From Schmidtea polychroa (Eukaryota), in the NCBI GenBank assembly GCA_044892525.1, contig CM097888.1:4960001-5024000 (forward strand): a stretch of 64,000 bases of DNA. The letters are read 5' to 3'. Shown in pieces: positions 39,062 to 52,299 of this stretch. A program made the position numbers and the translations under genes. Below the pieces are notes generated by a model. The model was not told the DNA's origin and did not search any database. It worked only from the letters and a program-made list of their open reading frames with translations. How positions within the stretch are numbered: the first letter of the stretch is position 1; every line of letters begins with the position of its first letter.

Positions 39062-41237
39062 CCGTATTTCCCCTATAATAAGACCTACCTCGAAAATAAG
39101 ACCAAGCATGAATTATTCGCCCACAAAAAATATAAGACCTACCCTGAAAATAAGACCTACCTTGAAAGATCTGTTTACTTATTTACATAACGAAAAAAAT
39201 AGTAATTTTAATTCAAATTAGCCATAAATATATGCTTCAAAGTGTCAAATACTGGCAAATCTGTTAGTTATTCAATCCCCAATCCAATGATCATGACCAT
39301 AATTTTAAAATCACATGTGTCGGTTTTACATGGGTTTTTAGGTATTTTAATAAATGTTCTGTTCAGATGTCTTACATACACCTCCTTCACGTGTAGTTTA
39401 GGTTTGAACATATTGAATTGCTCGGGCAATTGCATTTTAGCATATTGTTATAAAATTTATATATTTTTTTATTTATCCCTGGCACTTTCTTTCGATTTTA
39501 CGTCATAAGGTTGTTATGCCAGAAAAAAAAAACTTTTTTTGACTGAAAAAAGTTAGTCACATTCATAAGTCACTATAAACGAAACATAAAGATATTAGAC
39601 CATAAATCGTGATTCGCATGGTATACAGGCGTCACGCATGTGAAATGTGTGTTATTTATTTTTCATTAAAATGAAATAATGTGATATAGATAAACTTTTC
39701 ACAGTGGATACTTTGTTTCAACAAAAATTGCATTTATATGATCAACAATCTAATTAGTTTGTTACAACGCATTTATTAATCAGTATCAATATTTTATAAA
39801 TTTGACTTTTAACCCACGAATGGGCGCGAATCGAAAAAGTTATTCAATAGAATATAAGAAAGCCATTATTGAAGAGTCAAATGGCCTAAATCTTACAGTA
39901 TTTTGCAGAGATAATAAGCTAGATCTCCGAATGGTTAGAAAATGGCGAGCAGAATATGCGAATCTTGTTCAAAGAGCAGCCGAAGGCAATGAAAAGAAAC
40001 GTAAGTTCGGATCGGGTCGACAAACATTGTTTCCCGATTTAGAGGATGCTGTATTTGAATGGATTGCTGCAAGAAGATCCGCTGGATTGGTTGTTAGAAG
40101 GATTGATATTCAAAAATTTGCGTTGTCGCTGATAACACCATTTAATATTTCATCGGATGAGTTCAAAACGTCAAACCATTGGCTGGACAGTTTCCTTGGG
40201 CGATATGAACTTTCTCTACGTAAATCCACTACTTTGTTCAAATTGGAAGAGGAGCAAATTATTAATCGGGCGATCGCATACAAAAATTTTGTTGACCAAA
40301 TAGATTTTTCGGGATATGAGCACTCAAATGTGATAGCCATGGATGAAACAGCCGTATTTATGGGTTTGGAATCACAAACAACAATTGACAAAAGAGGTGC
40401 TTCGTCGATCTACATCCCATCGACTGGCTATGAAAGCATGCGCGTGACTTGTATTTTGGGAATTCGACTGAATGGAAGTAAAATCCATCCTCTCATCATA
40501 ACGAAAGGCAAGAACGATAAGCTGTCACGCATTTCCGGAATTTATGTGCTTGAATCTGAAAAGGCGTGGTGCACACAAGCTGTCATAAAAAGGTGGACGG
40601 ATTTGATGCTACCTGTTGTCTTAAGGTGCGGGAAAAGAGGCATGCTCATTTGGGATTCGGCTAGCACGCACCGTGCACAAGGTATTAAAAACTTCCTAAT
40701 CGAGAGAAGAATTGATCAGATCATGATACCTGCCGGAATGACTGGATATCTTCAAACACTCGACATTGCGATCAATAAAAAATTCAAAGATTACCTCAGA
40801 GCAGAAATAAATGAGTATATTGAGAAAAGAATGGAGCGAAATCAACGTGGGAATTTGGTAAAGCCAAAAATACAAGAGGTTGTATCTTGGGTCGCGAAAG
40901 CATGGAATGCAATCCCGGATACGTCCATTGGTAACGCACTAAGAGCAGGATACTTGGATAAAAATTGCTCGTTTGAAGATAGCTATATTGCCAGGCATTC
41001 GAGATTTGGACCGATGATCTTGGATGAAATTGAATCACGGATGGGCAATATTGTAACCCCGACTGACAGTAATGATGGTGATGTAAATGAGGTGGATGAC
41101 ATGATTATATTTGAATAAATGTCTAGTTTTTAAACGTAATAAATTTGTTTTGAAAATATGACCCGAAAATAAGCCCTAGGTAGCTTTTTTTCTGAAAATT
41201 TGAAGTAAGACAGTGTCTTATTTTCGGGGAAATACGG
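39062..41237 (+). mobile_element. Full-length pogo-family DNA transposon (DD35D, Passer/POGK-like)
   Basis: TA|CCGTATTTCCCC..AATAAGAC TIRs at both ends with TA duplication; intact transposase inside. Confidence 0.92.
39820..41118 (+). CDS. pogo transposase (Brinker-like DBD, CENP-B HTH, DDE_1)
   Basis: RKSYSIEYK..VRKW, SNHWLDSFLGRYELSLR, AMDET, WDSAS, QTLD; I count 35 residues between the 2nd and 3rd Asp. ATG at 39820 (the track start is an upstream TTG). Confidence 0.92.
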   Translation: MGANRKSYSIEYKKAIIEESNGLNLTVFCRDNKLDLRMVRKWRAEYANLVQRAAEGNEKKRKFGSGRQTLFPDLEDAVFEWIAARRSAGLVVRRIDIQKFALSLITPFNISSDEFKTSNHWLDSFLGRYELSLRKSTTLFKLEEEQIINRAIAYKNFVDQIDFSGYEHSNVIAMDETAVFMGLESQTTIDKRGASSIYIPSTGYESMRVTCILGIRLNGSKIHPLIITKGKNDKLSRISGIYVLESEKAWCTQAVIKRWTDLMLPVVLRCGKRGMLIWDSASTHRAQGIKNFLIERRIDQIMIPAGMTGYLQTLDIAINKKFKDYLRAEINEYIEKRMERNQRGNLVKPKIQEVVSWVAKAWNAIPDTSIGNALRAGYLDKNCSFEDSYIARHSRFGPMILDEIESRMGNIVTPTDSNDGDVNEVDDMIIFE

Positions 41238-41467
41238 TATTAAAACCTTTTCAGTGTTTATTTGGGATTTTAAAATTGTTATTGAAAATTATTTTATCCG
41301 TAAAATTCAATAATTGTGTATATTATGAATCTTTAAATATATTTTACTAAGATTAATACAATTTTGTTGCATTATATATAGGATTATGCAACTACTAGCA
41401 GATTTTGAAAATTTTATCTTATAAAAACTTACCGGAATAAATTATCATCTATTTATTTATGGCTCCT

Positions 41468-43907
41468 AATTAAATGCAAACTAAATAATCCCATTTTGCA
41501 CACTAAAAAATTAACATTTGCTAACTATTTTTGCAAACTAAAAAAATGATTTTTGCATACTATAAAATCCATATTTGCTAACAATGTTCTGCAAACTAAA
41601 AAATAAATATTTGCACATTATTTTCAAAAATATTTATACATTATAAAATAAAAATTTCAGATATATTTCAATGAATAAAAAAGCATAGAGATTACAATTT
41701 ATTGTGAATGCTTAAATACAACAATTTATAGACATTTAAAAAATGGTTTAACAAAATGTTTTGTATGATGGCTGCATTTTATTTGCACTAGATATAATAA
41801 ATTTTTAGTTCTACTGCAACAGCAATGCTTTTCTTGCTTTTGCAGGGCGACCTCTCTTTCTTTTGGTTCCAATTGGAATATTTTTCGCTTCGGTTGGAGG
41901 GGCTACAAGCTTTAGTCGAATAGCTAATCCAACAATGTGTTTGCAAAGCATTTTTTTAAAAAAAGAAGGGCAGTTACAGTCTCCGTTAATCCAGTCATTT
42001 TGATCTTTTGGTAAAATAGTAGTCCATGAAAGAAATGCATTAATTTTAAACTCATCAAACGTTTCCCAGTAGTCAATTCCATCGTAGGTTTCTGTCAAAT
42101 CTTTTGCAGCAATTTTGTAAACAACACCACTCTCTGTTGATTCTGGAGAAATGGTTTTCTTCAACTTTGCCCATCTGGTATGAGCTAGTCCAAAGTTCCA
42201 AGTCAATTTCTGGTTCGGTTTTGATGACTTTAATTCCAGATTCGTAATTGTTGGACCACCTTTCAATCCAATGAACCAATCCAACAGTAAATCTTGATAG
42301 TGAGACTCGCTCTCTCATAGAATCTTCATCTTTCATGACTCGGTTGTATGCCTCAAGGGCATTGTTTGTGCTAGGTGTTAGTTTTTTGGCACCTTCAAAC
42401 CAATTTTTATTTGATTTCAGCCATTCAGCTGTGAAGTATTCGACAAACTCCTTGTTTGCCTTCTACTTTTTCAAGAATAAAATTGATGCTTTTTCAAAAA
42501 CTTCTCTGGATTGACTTTGTTGCAAAGAATCAATGTCAGAAAAAATTTCCTGTCTTGCATCTTTTGGAATCAAAGAATCCACTTTTTTCTGAACATTTTT
42601 TTTCATATGAGCCCAGCACATAATCACCAATACGTCTTTGCCAAACACTGCTATGAAAGAGTTTTGGATGCTTTTTGATGCATCAGAAATTAATGTGCTT
42701 GGATTGAAGGGAGCATTGAAGATTTTAGGAACTTCATTCTTCAATGCAGTAAACAAAAATTTGAAGTCCTCAGTTTTTTCATCGGTGCATACTCCAATAC
42801 CAAAACAATGAAACTGGCGATTGCGATCTGTTGTACCAATAACAAGAACAGGGAAGCCTTGCCATACAAGTTTGTATGTAGCATTTGCATGAATGTTGTC
42901 AGCGTTTAAAGCCATTTTCAACATTGTTTTGGATGAAATGAAGTACCGGAAATATCCAGTGTCCTCATATTTAATTTCATATGCAACAACAAATGCTTTG
43001 TTATCTGCTTCTGGAACAGCTGAATGAATTTGCAACCACTGATTTAATTCTCCAAGGCTAATGATGTTGGCACCATATTTGGACTTTTTCAAGGATGCCA
43101 GATGATTATTCAGTTGTGTTTGACTCGGAAGGGGTAATTTTTCGTTAGACAAATGTTCTAACATTGCTTTTGGTTTCAATTTTAAAGCAAACAATTTGTC
43201 AATTTCAGCTTTGACAGTATCTGTCATTGTTGTTCTTGTTTTGATGTTGTCACAATCATGTGCATGTCCTGATCTGTATAGAACAACATCACTAGTGCTG
43301 GACTCGTACCACAAGTAAACTGAGGCTGAACATTGTTCCCCACGACATTTAACACGATTACAGCGGAAAACCTCTTTTTCCTTTCTTCAGTTTTATTTGT
43401 CCGAAAACAAGACCACACTTTTTCGTTTTTTACAAAATCCTCAGCTTCATTTGAACTTGCAAATGCATTTGCTCTTTTCCAGTCTTTGCAAATTTTTTTC
43501 CTTCGAGTTTCAAGTTTTAAAACGTGTTCTTCATCTTCATTTCCTGAAGAACAGTATTCTGGAACAAAGTCAAACTCTGAATTTTTTTTAAATTCCACCA
43601 TTGCTATAACGACAAAGAAGTATTTATTATGAATAAAACAAACTAACTAAATAATTTATTTATTTATAGTTAGCATTTATTATTTATAGTTATTTATAGT
43701 TAGCATTTATTATTTATAGTTAGCATTTATTATTTATAGTTAGAATTTATTATTTATAGTTAGCATTTATTATTTTTAGTTAGCATTTATTATTTATAGT
43801 TAGCATTTATTATTTATAGTTAGCATTTATTATTTATAGTTAGCATTTATTATTTATAGTTAGCATTTATAGTGTGCAAATACATTAAAATAGTGTGCAT
43901 TTAAATT
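41468..43907 (-). mobile_element. MULE transposon with SWIM finger, inactivated
   Basis: ORFs 43224-43601, 42463-43314, 42073-42336 and 41811-42284 give ATYKL..GTTDRNRQFH..ISDAS..MCWAHM..TNNALE..CNCPSF..CKH..KRGRP. Frameshifts, one stop and a first catalytic D>N change. Imperfect AAATGCA.ACTA inverted ends. Confidence 0.85.
43664..43871. repeat. 20-bp tandem repeat in the MULE subterminal region
   Basis: About ten copies of TTATTTATAGTTAGCATTTA. Confidence 0.95.
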
Positions 43908-45229
43908 GTAGCGTTTATTTATCACTTGAAAAAGGTTGTAACGAAAAATCATGAATAAAAACAACATATCTTTACTGATTCAGAATTTTTTAATAAATAC
44001 AATGTTTATTTATAAAAATGAGAGGTGAAAATTAAAAAAAGTTCTTATAATATTTATTAGTTTACTTATATTAAATAAAATGTTTAATAAATTGATTGTT
44101 TTAATATAACTATTATAATATAATATGGCTATTTGATACGATATTCGTATTAAATATTATATAGGGTATATTATGATATAATCTGAATAGTATCATACAA
44201 TGTAAGTTTTTTCATTATAATTTAGTATGATTATTTTTGTATTAGAAGATTGGTAAAACACTAATCTTTCAAGTCCAATATTTATTATTTTACTTCCAAC
44301 GTAAATCATGTATTAATTTGGGGAAAATTGTTGATTGACCTTTAAACTGAACTTCAAATGTATTGGTAAAAACAGAAAAGATATAATTTTATATACTTTA
44401 ATTATTTAAAGAATATTTACCAAGAACATTCTAGTAAGTTAAATTGTTTATTGTAAATTGTTTTATTGTCTATCTGTATGATATTACATAATTTACTAAT
44501 AATCATAACGGTAAAGAAATTTGTTAACTATTAATCTAATGACTTTAACTCGTGTTATTATTTTTTTAATTCATTTGGTATATATTTTAATATATTTAAT
44601 ATAAATATGAATAATTAAAAAGAATTCTACTTATTATTTTATGAATATTGCAGTTATGATTTAACTATTTTATATACTATACTATTTAGTAAAATTGATT
44701 GAAATTTATTAATTACAATTAGCATATATTTAGAAGTTCCATTGAAACAAAGCTGATATATATGATTCTTGCATATTTTTCTTTACAAATCAAAAAACCC
44801 AACATAAATTAAAAATCGCTCATGTTATCGCTGGAGTCAAATCAATATTAATTTATATTACACATGATATATTTCTCTGTTTGGTCCTTAAAACATATAT
44901 TGATACAGACGAAATTAAATGGTTTACAGTTCATATAGCAGTTCATTTACAAAAACTAATAAGTTAAATCCGGATATTTGACGAAATAATTGAATAGTTT
45001 AATGCTTAAGCGTTTTAGGAGTCCCAGTTCACTGTAGGTCTTCATGTTCTTTCTTTTCTCTCATATATAACCGATTATATACAATCAGAAAAACAATAAT
45101 GGAAGAAAACTTAAAAAGAATCAGAATCGGGTATTGAAGATGTCTTGGTACTGATAAACGGGACGGATGTACAGATGATACAGATGTACCGGTAGCTGAA
45201 GCTCCTATCGAAGTAAATATCGAAGTAAA

Positions 45230-45656
45230 ACCACAACTCGTGTATAAGTCGAGAAATTTACATCCAATTTTCAAGTCAAAATAGCCACTTTATACGCGGG
45301 TCCAAAAAGGTAAAAATTAATTTTTAACAAAATTATTAAATTGGTTATAATTTTTAGTGTTCGATTTATTAATTTTTTTCATTGAATAATCAATTAAATA
45401 AATTAAAATTGTTGATAAAATTGTAATTTATCAAAAAATATTTTCAAGCATCATTAACGAACAAATAATAATTTTGACAACATATTATCAAAAAACTGAA
45501 CAAAAAAGTGCAGAAAATGAGTATAATGATTACACAAAGGACCATGTTGGAGATGTTTTTTACTTTTCTTACTTCGACTTATACGCGGGTTTCCAATTTA
45601 TGACTAACAAAATGACTCAAAAATGTCACTTTGACTTATACGCGAGTATATACGCC
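45230..45656. mobile_element. pogo-type MITE/end relic
   Basis: Minus-strand end CGTATATACTCGCGTATAAGTC at about 45633-45655, with repeated CTTATACGCGG / GTATAAGTCG motifs. Confidence 0.5.
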
Positions 45657-46099
45657 AAGTGCTGGGGAGTACTGTGTAGTGAGCTGTTACACGGCTCACT
45701 AACAAAATCTATATAAATATTATATGCAAAAACGGAATAATGATCAATTAGAACACAATTATGGCCAATCAAATATCACGTATGACAGCAAATTAGTTGG
45801 AACATCTCAGTCTACTCTAACTCATTTCTAGAGTCAATCAAAATTCACGCAATCAGCTAATACTTCTTATTATCAATCAGGCTCTATTAATCAATCTCAG
45901 ACGAGTAAAGCAAATTCGATGCCATGTTATTATTATCAAGATCCACTGTATTCGTCTCCTTCTCACTTCCAATGTGGTGGTTAATTGAAAATAGAACATT
46001 GCAATAAATGATGACAAACGAAATTGTAGTTTTAAACTTAAGCAATCAATTTTTAAACGAAATGTAAAGTTTATTTATAATTTCCAAAACTGCTGATTA

Positions 46100-46560
46100 C
46101 AAATTATTCTCAAAAAGAGAAATTATATTCAAAATTGGCCGAAGGTGGATTGTCGCGGAGACAATTTAATGGAAAAATCGGATCGTGCAATATAGCGTTA
46201 GTACTGCGGGAGAGACTGTCCGCGATAACGTTTTCTTTGCCGGCAATGTGTGTATTTCGCAAGAAAATTCAGAGATATAACTGATTTGCCTCTGTTGTCG
46301 TGGAGAAGTCTTTCATTCCAAAATTCAATTTTAGTCAGAAATCAGATGATCTGTACTAATTATTGGTGCTAAAGCTCTTTTAATGACTTAATCTGAAATT
46401 CCGAGGGTATTGTTAGACATAATTCAATGTAAACGTATACCGAGAATGTCTGTTCAATTAAATGACTTTTTAAATACATATTTTTGAGGATTTAAGTTGC
46501 AAATCGATCGCTCACTTTGGTTCTATCAAGAGTTGATAGAAGTGCTGGGTTAAGTACATG
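46100..46560 (-). mobile_element. Ty3/gypsy pol (RNase H C-terminus) relic
   Basis: TDH..QQRQISYISEF, then after a frameshift HIAGKENVIADSLSR. Confidence 0.75.
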
Positions 46561-47199
46561 CATTGGTTGATGAGCTTTTGGAGGTGAACTCGTAGAAAAA
46601 TTAGGTGTAATATCTTCAGAATATTCTTGTGATGTTTCTCCGTTTTCCTACTCATATTTTTCTTACAATTTATCGTATCTCCTTTTCAGCACGTGTTTTC
46701 TCAACCTTCATATAAAGTTCGCCCATAGTCCCTCTACATCATTTCTCTTTGAGCAGTCAAAAAGTCTTTGCCTTCTTGTAGTTTTATCATCCCAAAAGCA
46801 TTTGCATGTGCTACATCAACAAATCAGTAAATTCTTGTTCGTTTCTAGTTTGTGTTGTGATTCGCGCACTTGGAGCGTTTTCTTCGCCGTCCTATGTAAG
46901 CAGTAAAAACTCTAATAAAAGGCTTACAACCATTGAAATGTGTTATTTGGAAAGATCTACAAAATATGAGATATTGTCAAAAAAGCTCTACAAGAGGCTT
47001 GCATAAAACTGTACAATTATCCATTTTTTTGATACACTCATAAAACACTTTAATGAGGTTCGCACAAATTTTTGAGAATTTGTTACCATGGCAAAGTACC
47101 AAAATCAAAATGCGCACAGCGTAAGCTAAAAACAACTTTCGTATTTAACTTTTAGATAATCTTATAATTTAAATACGTAAACGACGAGAATCATGTCGA

Positions 47200-47610
47200 A
47201 TGCAGTATGATAGGCAAATAATGAAATAATTTCAAAATCCAAAGAATTAGTTCAGATATATTCTTCAGATCTTAAAAAAAGCATTAATTGATGAATTTTT
47301 GTTATTTGCTAATATCTATAAAGTTAAAACATCAATTTCCCAAATGATAGTTGTACAAATAAATAATGAAAAGTTTTTCCAATGTCAACATAGCTCTTAG
47401 AATTTGTTTATCGATATTTGTATCGAATTCAGGGGGGGGGACAACGCAGTTTTTCAAAATTGTATTCTATCAACAATGGAGCCGAAACAATAATGATCAC
47501 TTTCATTATTAGCGATTGAAAGTGATTTAATGCGACAAGTAAATTCTGAAGACGTTATTGCTGAATTTGCTAAAAATAAAAATAGGAAAATAAATTTAAA
47601 TTAAACGAAT
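47200..47610 (+). mobile_element. hAT (ZMYM1-like) C-terminal dimerisation domain relic
   Basis: Across frameshifts: FPNVNIALRICLSIFVS..STM..LSLLAIESDLMRQVNSEDVIAEFAKNKNRK. Confidence 0.8.
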
Positions 47611-47942
47611 TTTGCTTTGCAGAATCCATTTTGAATTATTTTCAATTTCAGCATAATTCTTTCCATCGTTTGCTTATATTTTATGGGTTTTCGTAGGTCA
47701 TAAACACAGTTTTTATGCGACTATGGGATAACTCTGTCATATATATAATATCAGAATTTAAATATTAATATTGATTTTTAATAAATGCAAATAATCGAAT
47801 ATATAATTTTGATAAATAATATTTTTAAAGTTACTTAATTATATTAAAAATGAATTATTTATTACGTGAGTAAATAATCAAAGAACGAAGGCAAAGTTTC
47901 ACTAATAGAAAATTGCCAAATAATTATATTAAAATAAATATT

Positions 47943-47985
47943 GCTATATATTTCGACCGTTTAGCAGTCTTCTTCAGGCGATGAA
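47943..47985 (-). ncRNA. Minimal hammerhead-ribozyme-like core (Penelope-associated)
   Basis: Minus strand reads atcgc CTGAAGA A GACTG ctaaa CGGTC GAA ATATAT A gcaat: palindromic stem III, partial stem I; just 3' of a GIY-YIG relic. Confidence 0.6.
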
Positions 47986-48149
47986 TAGTACTAATAACAA
48001 CTAAATTATTCAAACAAATTAACAAATAATAATCGTAATCAAATTGTATCAAACAAAAAATATTTTCATTTAAAAAATACGCAAAAAATTGTTAACATTT
48101 TCCTACAAAAATTTTTTAATTAATAAAAAAAATAAATTTAAACAATAAC

Positions 48150-48480
48150 ATCATCCCAAATATTAAATATAAAGGTTAAATTATTTAAATACATTCAAAA
48201 TCCCTGTAGACTAGGCACCTTGAATATTAATTATAGGATTAATAGATCTAATTAGAAACGCCTCACAAGTTACTCGTTCCCAGTAATTACTCAAACTCTT
48301 TACCAAAAACTTAAAAATCAATAATACTTTTTCCTAAATTATCACTAATGTGAGTCAATCCATTCCGTCGGGTATGCTCAAAAACTCGAGTACAGAGAAG
48401 ACGGGCAATCTCTCCAATGTATGTGACATTACACCCATTACATGAAAATTGATTTACGAGTTAACATGCTACCAACCTTG
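48150..48480 (-). mobile_element. Penelope-like element GIY-YIG 3' relic
   Basis: QFSCNGCNVTYIGEIARLLCTRVFEH..EAFLIRSINPIINIQ. Confidence 0.8.
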
Positions 48481-48679
48481 CAAGACGTTGAAACAATACT
48501 AAATATAAAATTTAAGACTAGTAAATATTATTCAACCTTCATAATATTAAAATATACAAATCAAATCAGTCGTTCTGTGGCTGTTCGTCATCATAAATAG
48601 ATTTATCAAAATTAAGAGATAATTATAAATCCAATAAAATTAAAGTTTAATAGTATACGAGACAAACCGTTTTCTTTAT

Positions 48680-48916
48680 TATCAGCAGTAACAGGAAAGG
48701 AAGAGTAAGCAGAGGGTAGGGTCATCTGAATTTGTGGAAACATCCTTATCTTCAACATTATCATCTTCAAGTAAAAAATTTACAATCTCTTCGCCCGTAA
48801 ACATATTTCTATTACCAAAAGACATGCCATGATAATAATTACTATTATATTCTTTAACAAACAAATTACATTAAAACCAATAATTTTCACTTACCGATGC
48901 CGTTGCTAGTCAGGGG
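48680..48916 (-). mobile_element. piggyBac 5' end fragment
   Basis: TTAA|CCCCTG end (TTAA 48917-48920) followed by an acidic N-terminus MSFGNRNMFTGEEIVNFLLEDD. Confidence 0.55.
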
Positions 48917-48954
48917 TTAAGGTGACCTTGCCACTACTGTTATGACACGAAATA

Positions 48955-49201
48955 TGTTTGATCCACTCTTGAAAATTTGACTTATCTCTTTTAAAATATA
49001 AATATCTATTAAATAGTAAATAGGCTTTGTCATATCCATTTTCGGTAAGTTTTTTTCCTAACGCCTCTCCCACGCCTGGTATTTCTTTAACATCTTTATC
49101 GCAGATGAGATAATTAAAAAACTCCATCAATTTAATAGTTGAAATCTAAATTTAATTTAAAATAATTCTTTTAAATAAAAATATAATATAATTACCATCA
49201 T
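48955..49201 (-). pseudogene. BANF1: 3'-truncated BAF gene duplicate (with its intron)
   Basis: Nearly identical to 56085-56320, including the ATGATG exon and 50-bp intron; homology stops after FQEWIKH. Confidence 0.85.
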
Positions 49202-50060
49202 AATATAATTTTCAAATAAAATTTTATCAAATATTTTTTTTTAAAATGACAGCGTCACAGATCTATGAGTATTAACCAAGGGTTAAAAATTAATTTGGAT
49301 TAATCTAATTTTTGTCATGAAATTGAAATTATCTTCAAAATTGTGAATAATATCGCTGGATTTTTCTAAAATGAACATTTAAATTAATTACATAAAGGTT
49401 TTACCCTTAATATTTATTTATAAAATTAAGATAATTTCATTACATTAAAAATGTATGTTAAAATAATTATTGTTAAACAATACCTGCATTTAAATTTTCT
49501 TCAATTGACATCCTTCGATCAATTCAGTTTTTCTAAAATATATATATTAAAATTTATTAATATAAAAGTTTATTACTTAAAAATAATTTTATTTACATAT
49601 AACAAGCTAATTTACCTTTAGCATAAATAAATCGTGTGAATAATATTCTTCGTATCTTCGCTGGATTTTCAAAAATGTACACTGAATTCTGTTTTATTGC
49701 GATGGATACGTTCCACAGAAAAAGCATTTAAAAATCACATAAAAAGGACTACTACATTGAATAAATAGGGATAAGCTCCATAATTTTTTAAAACCTTATA
49801 AAACTAAATAGATAGCCAAAAGATCTCATAAAAAGATTGATGTTATCCTTCTTGGAGAGGATTACGGTGGGTATTTAAAAGTGTTTGAAGAAAGGAGGCT
49901 TAAAGTTTTGAAACAAATTGAAATCACGAGTCCAAAATTAGTTTTTTATTTCACTTTTCTTAGAAATTAAATGATAATTACACCCAGTCATTATCTTCTA
50001 TGAATAGTCAACAATTCGGGTGACGAAATTAATTCTCCTTTATTACATCCAGTGCTAATT

Positions 50061-50420
50061 TCAATGGATGATGCTTTTCGTTCTTTGACAACAAAATCTG
50101 TTATTAAACTTTGCGACGATTTCTGAAATTGTTTTTAGAAGTTCTTGACACCCAGAAAGGCAATTCTTTAGATCACACTGGAATTTAAATTTCCTTTCAG
50201 AATTCGTGTCATTATTAATAAAATGATTTTCTAATGAGTTGCAAATTTGAAGACCTGTCTTATTTAACATTTCATTCTTTTTAATGTCTCTTATAGTAGA
50301 TTCACCGAAACCAAAATGCTTAGCAACATCTTTAGATCTCTCTCCTTTCGTCAAACGATGTAAAATTGCAATTTTAATTTCCAAAAAAATTCCCTTTCGT
50401 TTATGATTCTTTTTTCCATC
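50061..50420 (-). mobile_element. Tigger-type transposase relic (HTH_psq joined to C-terminus)
   Basis: KRKGIFLEIKIAILHRLTKGERSKDVAKHFGFGESTIRDIKKN fused to ..NDTNSERKFKF. Confidence 0.7.
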
Positions 50421-52299
50421 GAATAAAATTAATTTGAAATTCCTAGAAAAAATTTTCATTTAAATTTTAAAAAATTATTTATTTTATATTTTTTTACCTT
50501 TTTCTAATAAAAAAATACAACTCACATTGAATTACACCAAGAAACCGTTTCCAAAAAAATTCGTATCAAAAGTTGTATAATAAAAAAGCATAAAAGAAAA
50601 TTGAATAAACTTCGAATTGATTGTATTTATAAATTGATTTCAAATAAAATTATACTCATAAAATGTCGACATATTTTAAATGAATTTAAAATGGAAATTA
50701 ATTATTTGAAATAATAAAAAAATACTTTAAATGTTAAAATTATTTAATACTTAAAATTTATTTCTAAAATTAAAATTTATTAATTAAAATTTATTATTCT
50801 AACTTAAAATTTATCTCTAACTAAAATTTAAGAATTATATTAACTTGAAATTTAATTTAGAAATTAATTTAAATTTAACTTAAAAAATTACATAAAATCT
50901 TGAAGATTGTTAATAAGAGGTTAATGAAGGATCAAGAGGCGTATTGAAAACGTGGTTAAGTTATCATATATAGCTTAATTGATGCGATTCATTTGGATGA
51001 TGAGTTCAGATGGTTGCTTTAAACATTATTGTTGTGCATTGACCTGGATCTGATTTATATTATTGTTGTAGCATACGGGCATATTTTTATCTGTTGTATT
51101 AAAATGCTTAATTTGAGATGATAATATTCAATTGGATGGTGCGTTATGAAGGGCCGCATTGTATTTGATCCTGTAGTACATGAATTTCTGGAGCACGGTA
51201 TTTTAATACCCAAGAATTAATCAATTAATTAAACTAATGTTGGGATATAGTTTAGATAGAGATAAATTGAGTTGTACAACATTTCAAAATTAAGTATAAT
51301 ATTTAAATAATTTGCATACAAGTATATCAGTTAACTAAAAAAATTTATTTAATAAAAATTTATTGCAATATTTTCAGACATTTTATTTATAATTATTGAA
51401 TACCATTTTCTTAAAAATAATCTTGAGTATTGAAAAATATATTAAATTGCCACAAGACATTAAATAAGTTGTAATATTTTAATTTAACTTAAGAAAGTTC
51501 TTGTCAACCTTTTTAAATGGTGCAATAAATTCAAATAATTTTTATTCAATGACAACAAATTGAATAATAATAATAATAATTACAATCATAAAAATATAGT
51601 CACCGACATATTAATTTAACATATGAGTTAAATGAAATGAAAGACTGGCATTTTTGCTAACCATAGAATGGGGTTTTTAAAAAGAGCATTAACACTTATC
51701 GAAAATGCATTCAGGGATTCTCATTACACTGAAGATAGAAAGAAAATAGATTAAAAATTGCTNNNNNNNNNNNNNNNNNNNNNNNNNNNNNNNNNNNNNN
51801 NNNNNNNNNNNNNNNNNNNNNNNNNNNNNNNNNNNNNNNNNNNNNNNNNNNNNNNNNNNNNNNNNNNNNNNNNNNNNNNNNNNNNNNNNNNNNNNNNNNN
51901 NNNNNNNNNNNNNNNNNNNNNNNNNNNNNNNNNNNNNNNNNNNNNNNNNNNNNNNNNNNNNNNNNNNNNNNNNNNNNNNNNNNNNNNNNNNNNTATGAAT
52001 TTATTTTATAAAGATAAATAAATTTTATAATTAATAAATCCTTATCGCATGTCATATATATTTTGATTGATTACAAACAGTTAAATATGAGTTCGATACT
52101 CATAAACCTTTAAATCACCTTAGGTTATACCTAATTTAAATTCTAAATCTCTTAATTATAAAATATTACTCACACAATGCAATTATCTTTATCCCAAATA
52201 TGACTTAATCGACCTGTAAACTATCATTCACAAAAGACAATTCCCCTAAAAGCATGACGGGAAAAGTTTAAATGATAATAAAAATAAAATTATTTTTCA

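Noticed and set aside
40110-41038. Antisense ORFs 40110-40391 and 40796-41038
   Set aside because: Shadows of the pogo transposase; the same applies to plus-strand ORFs over the MULE and hAT relics.
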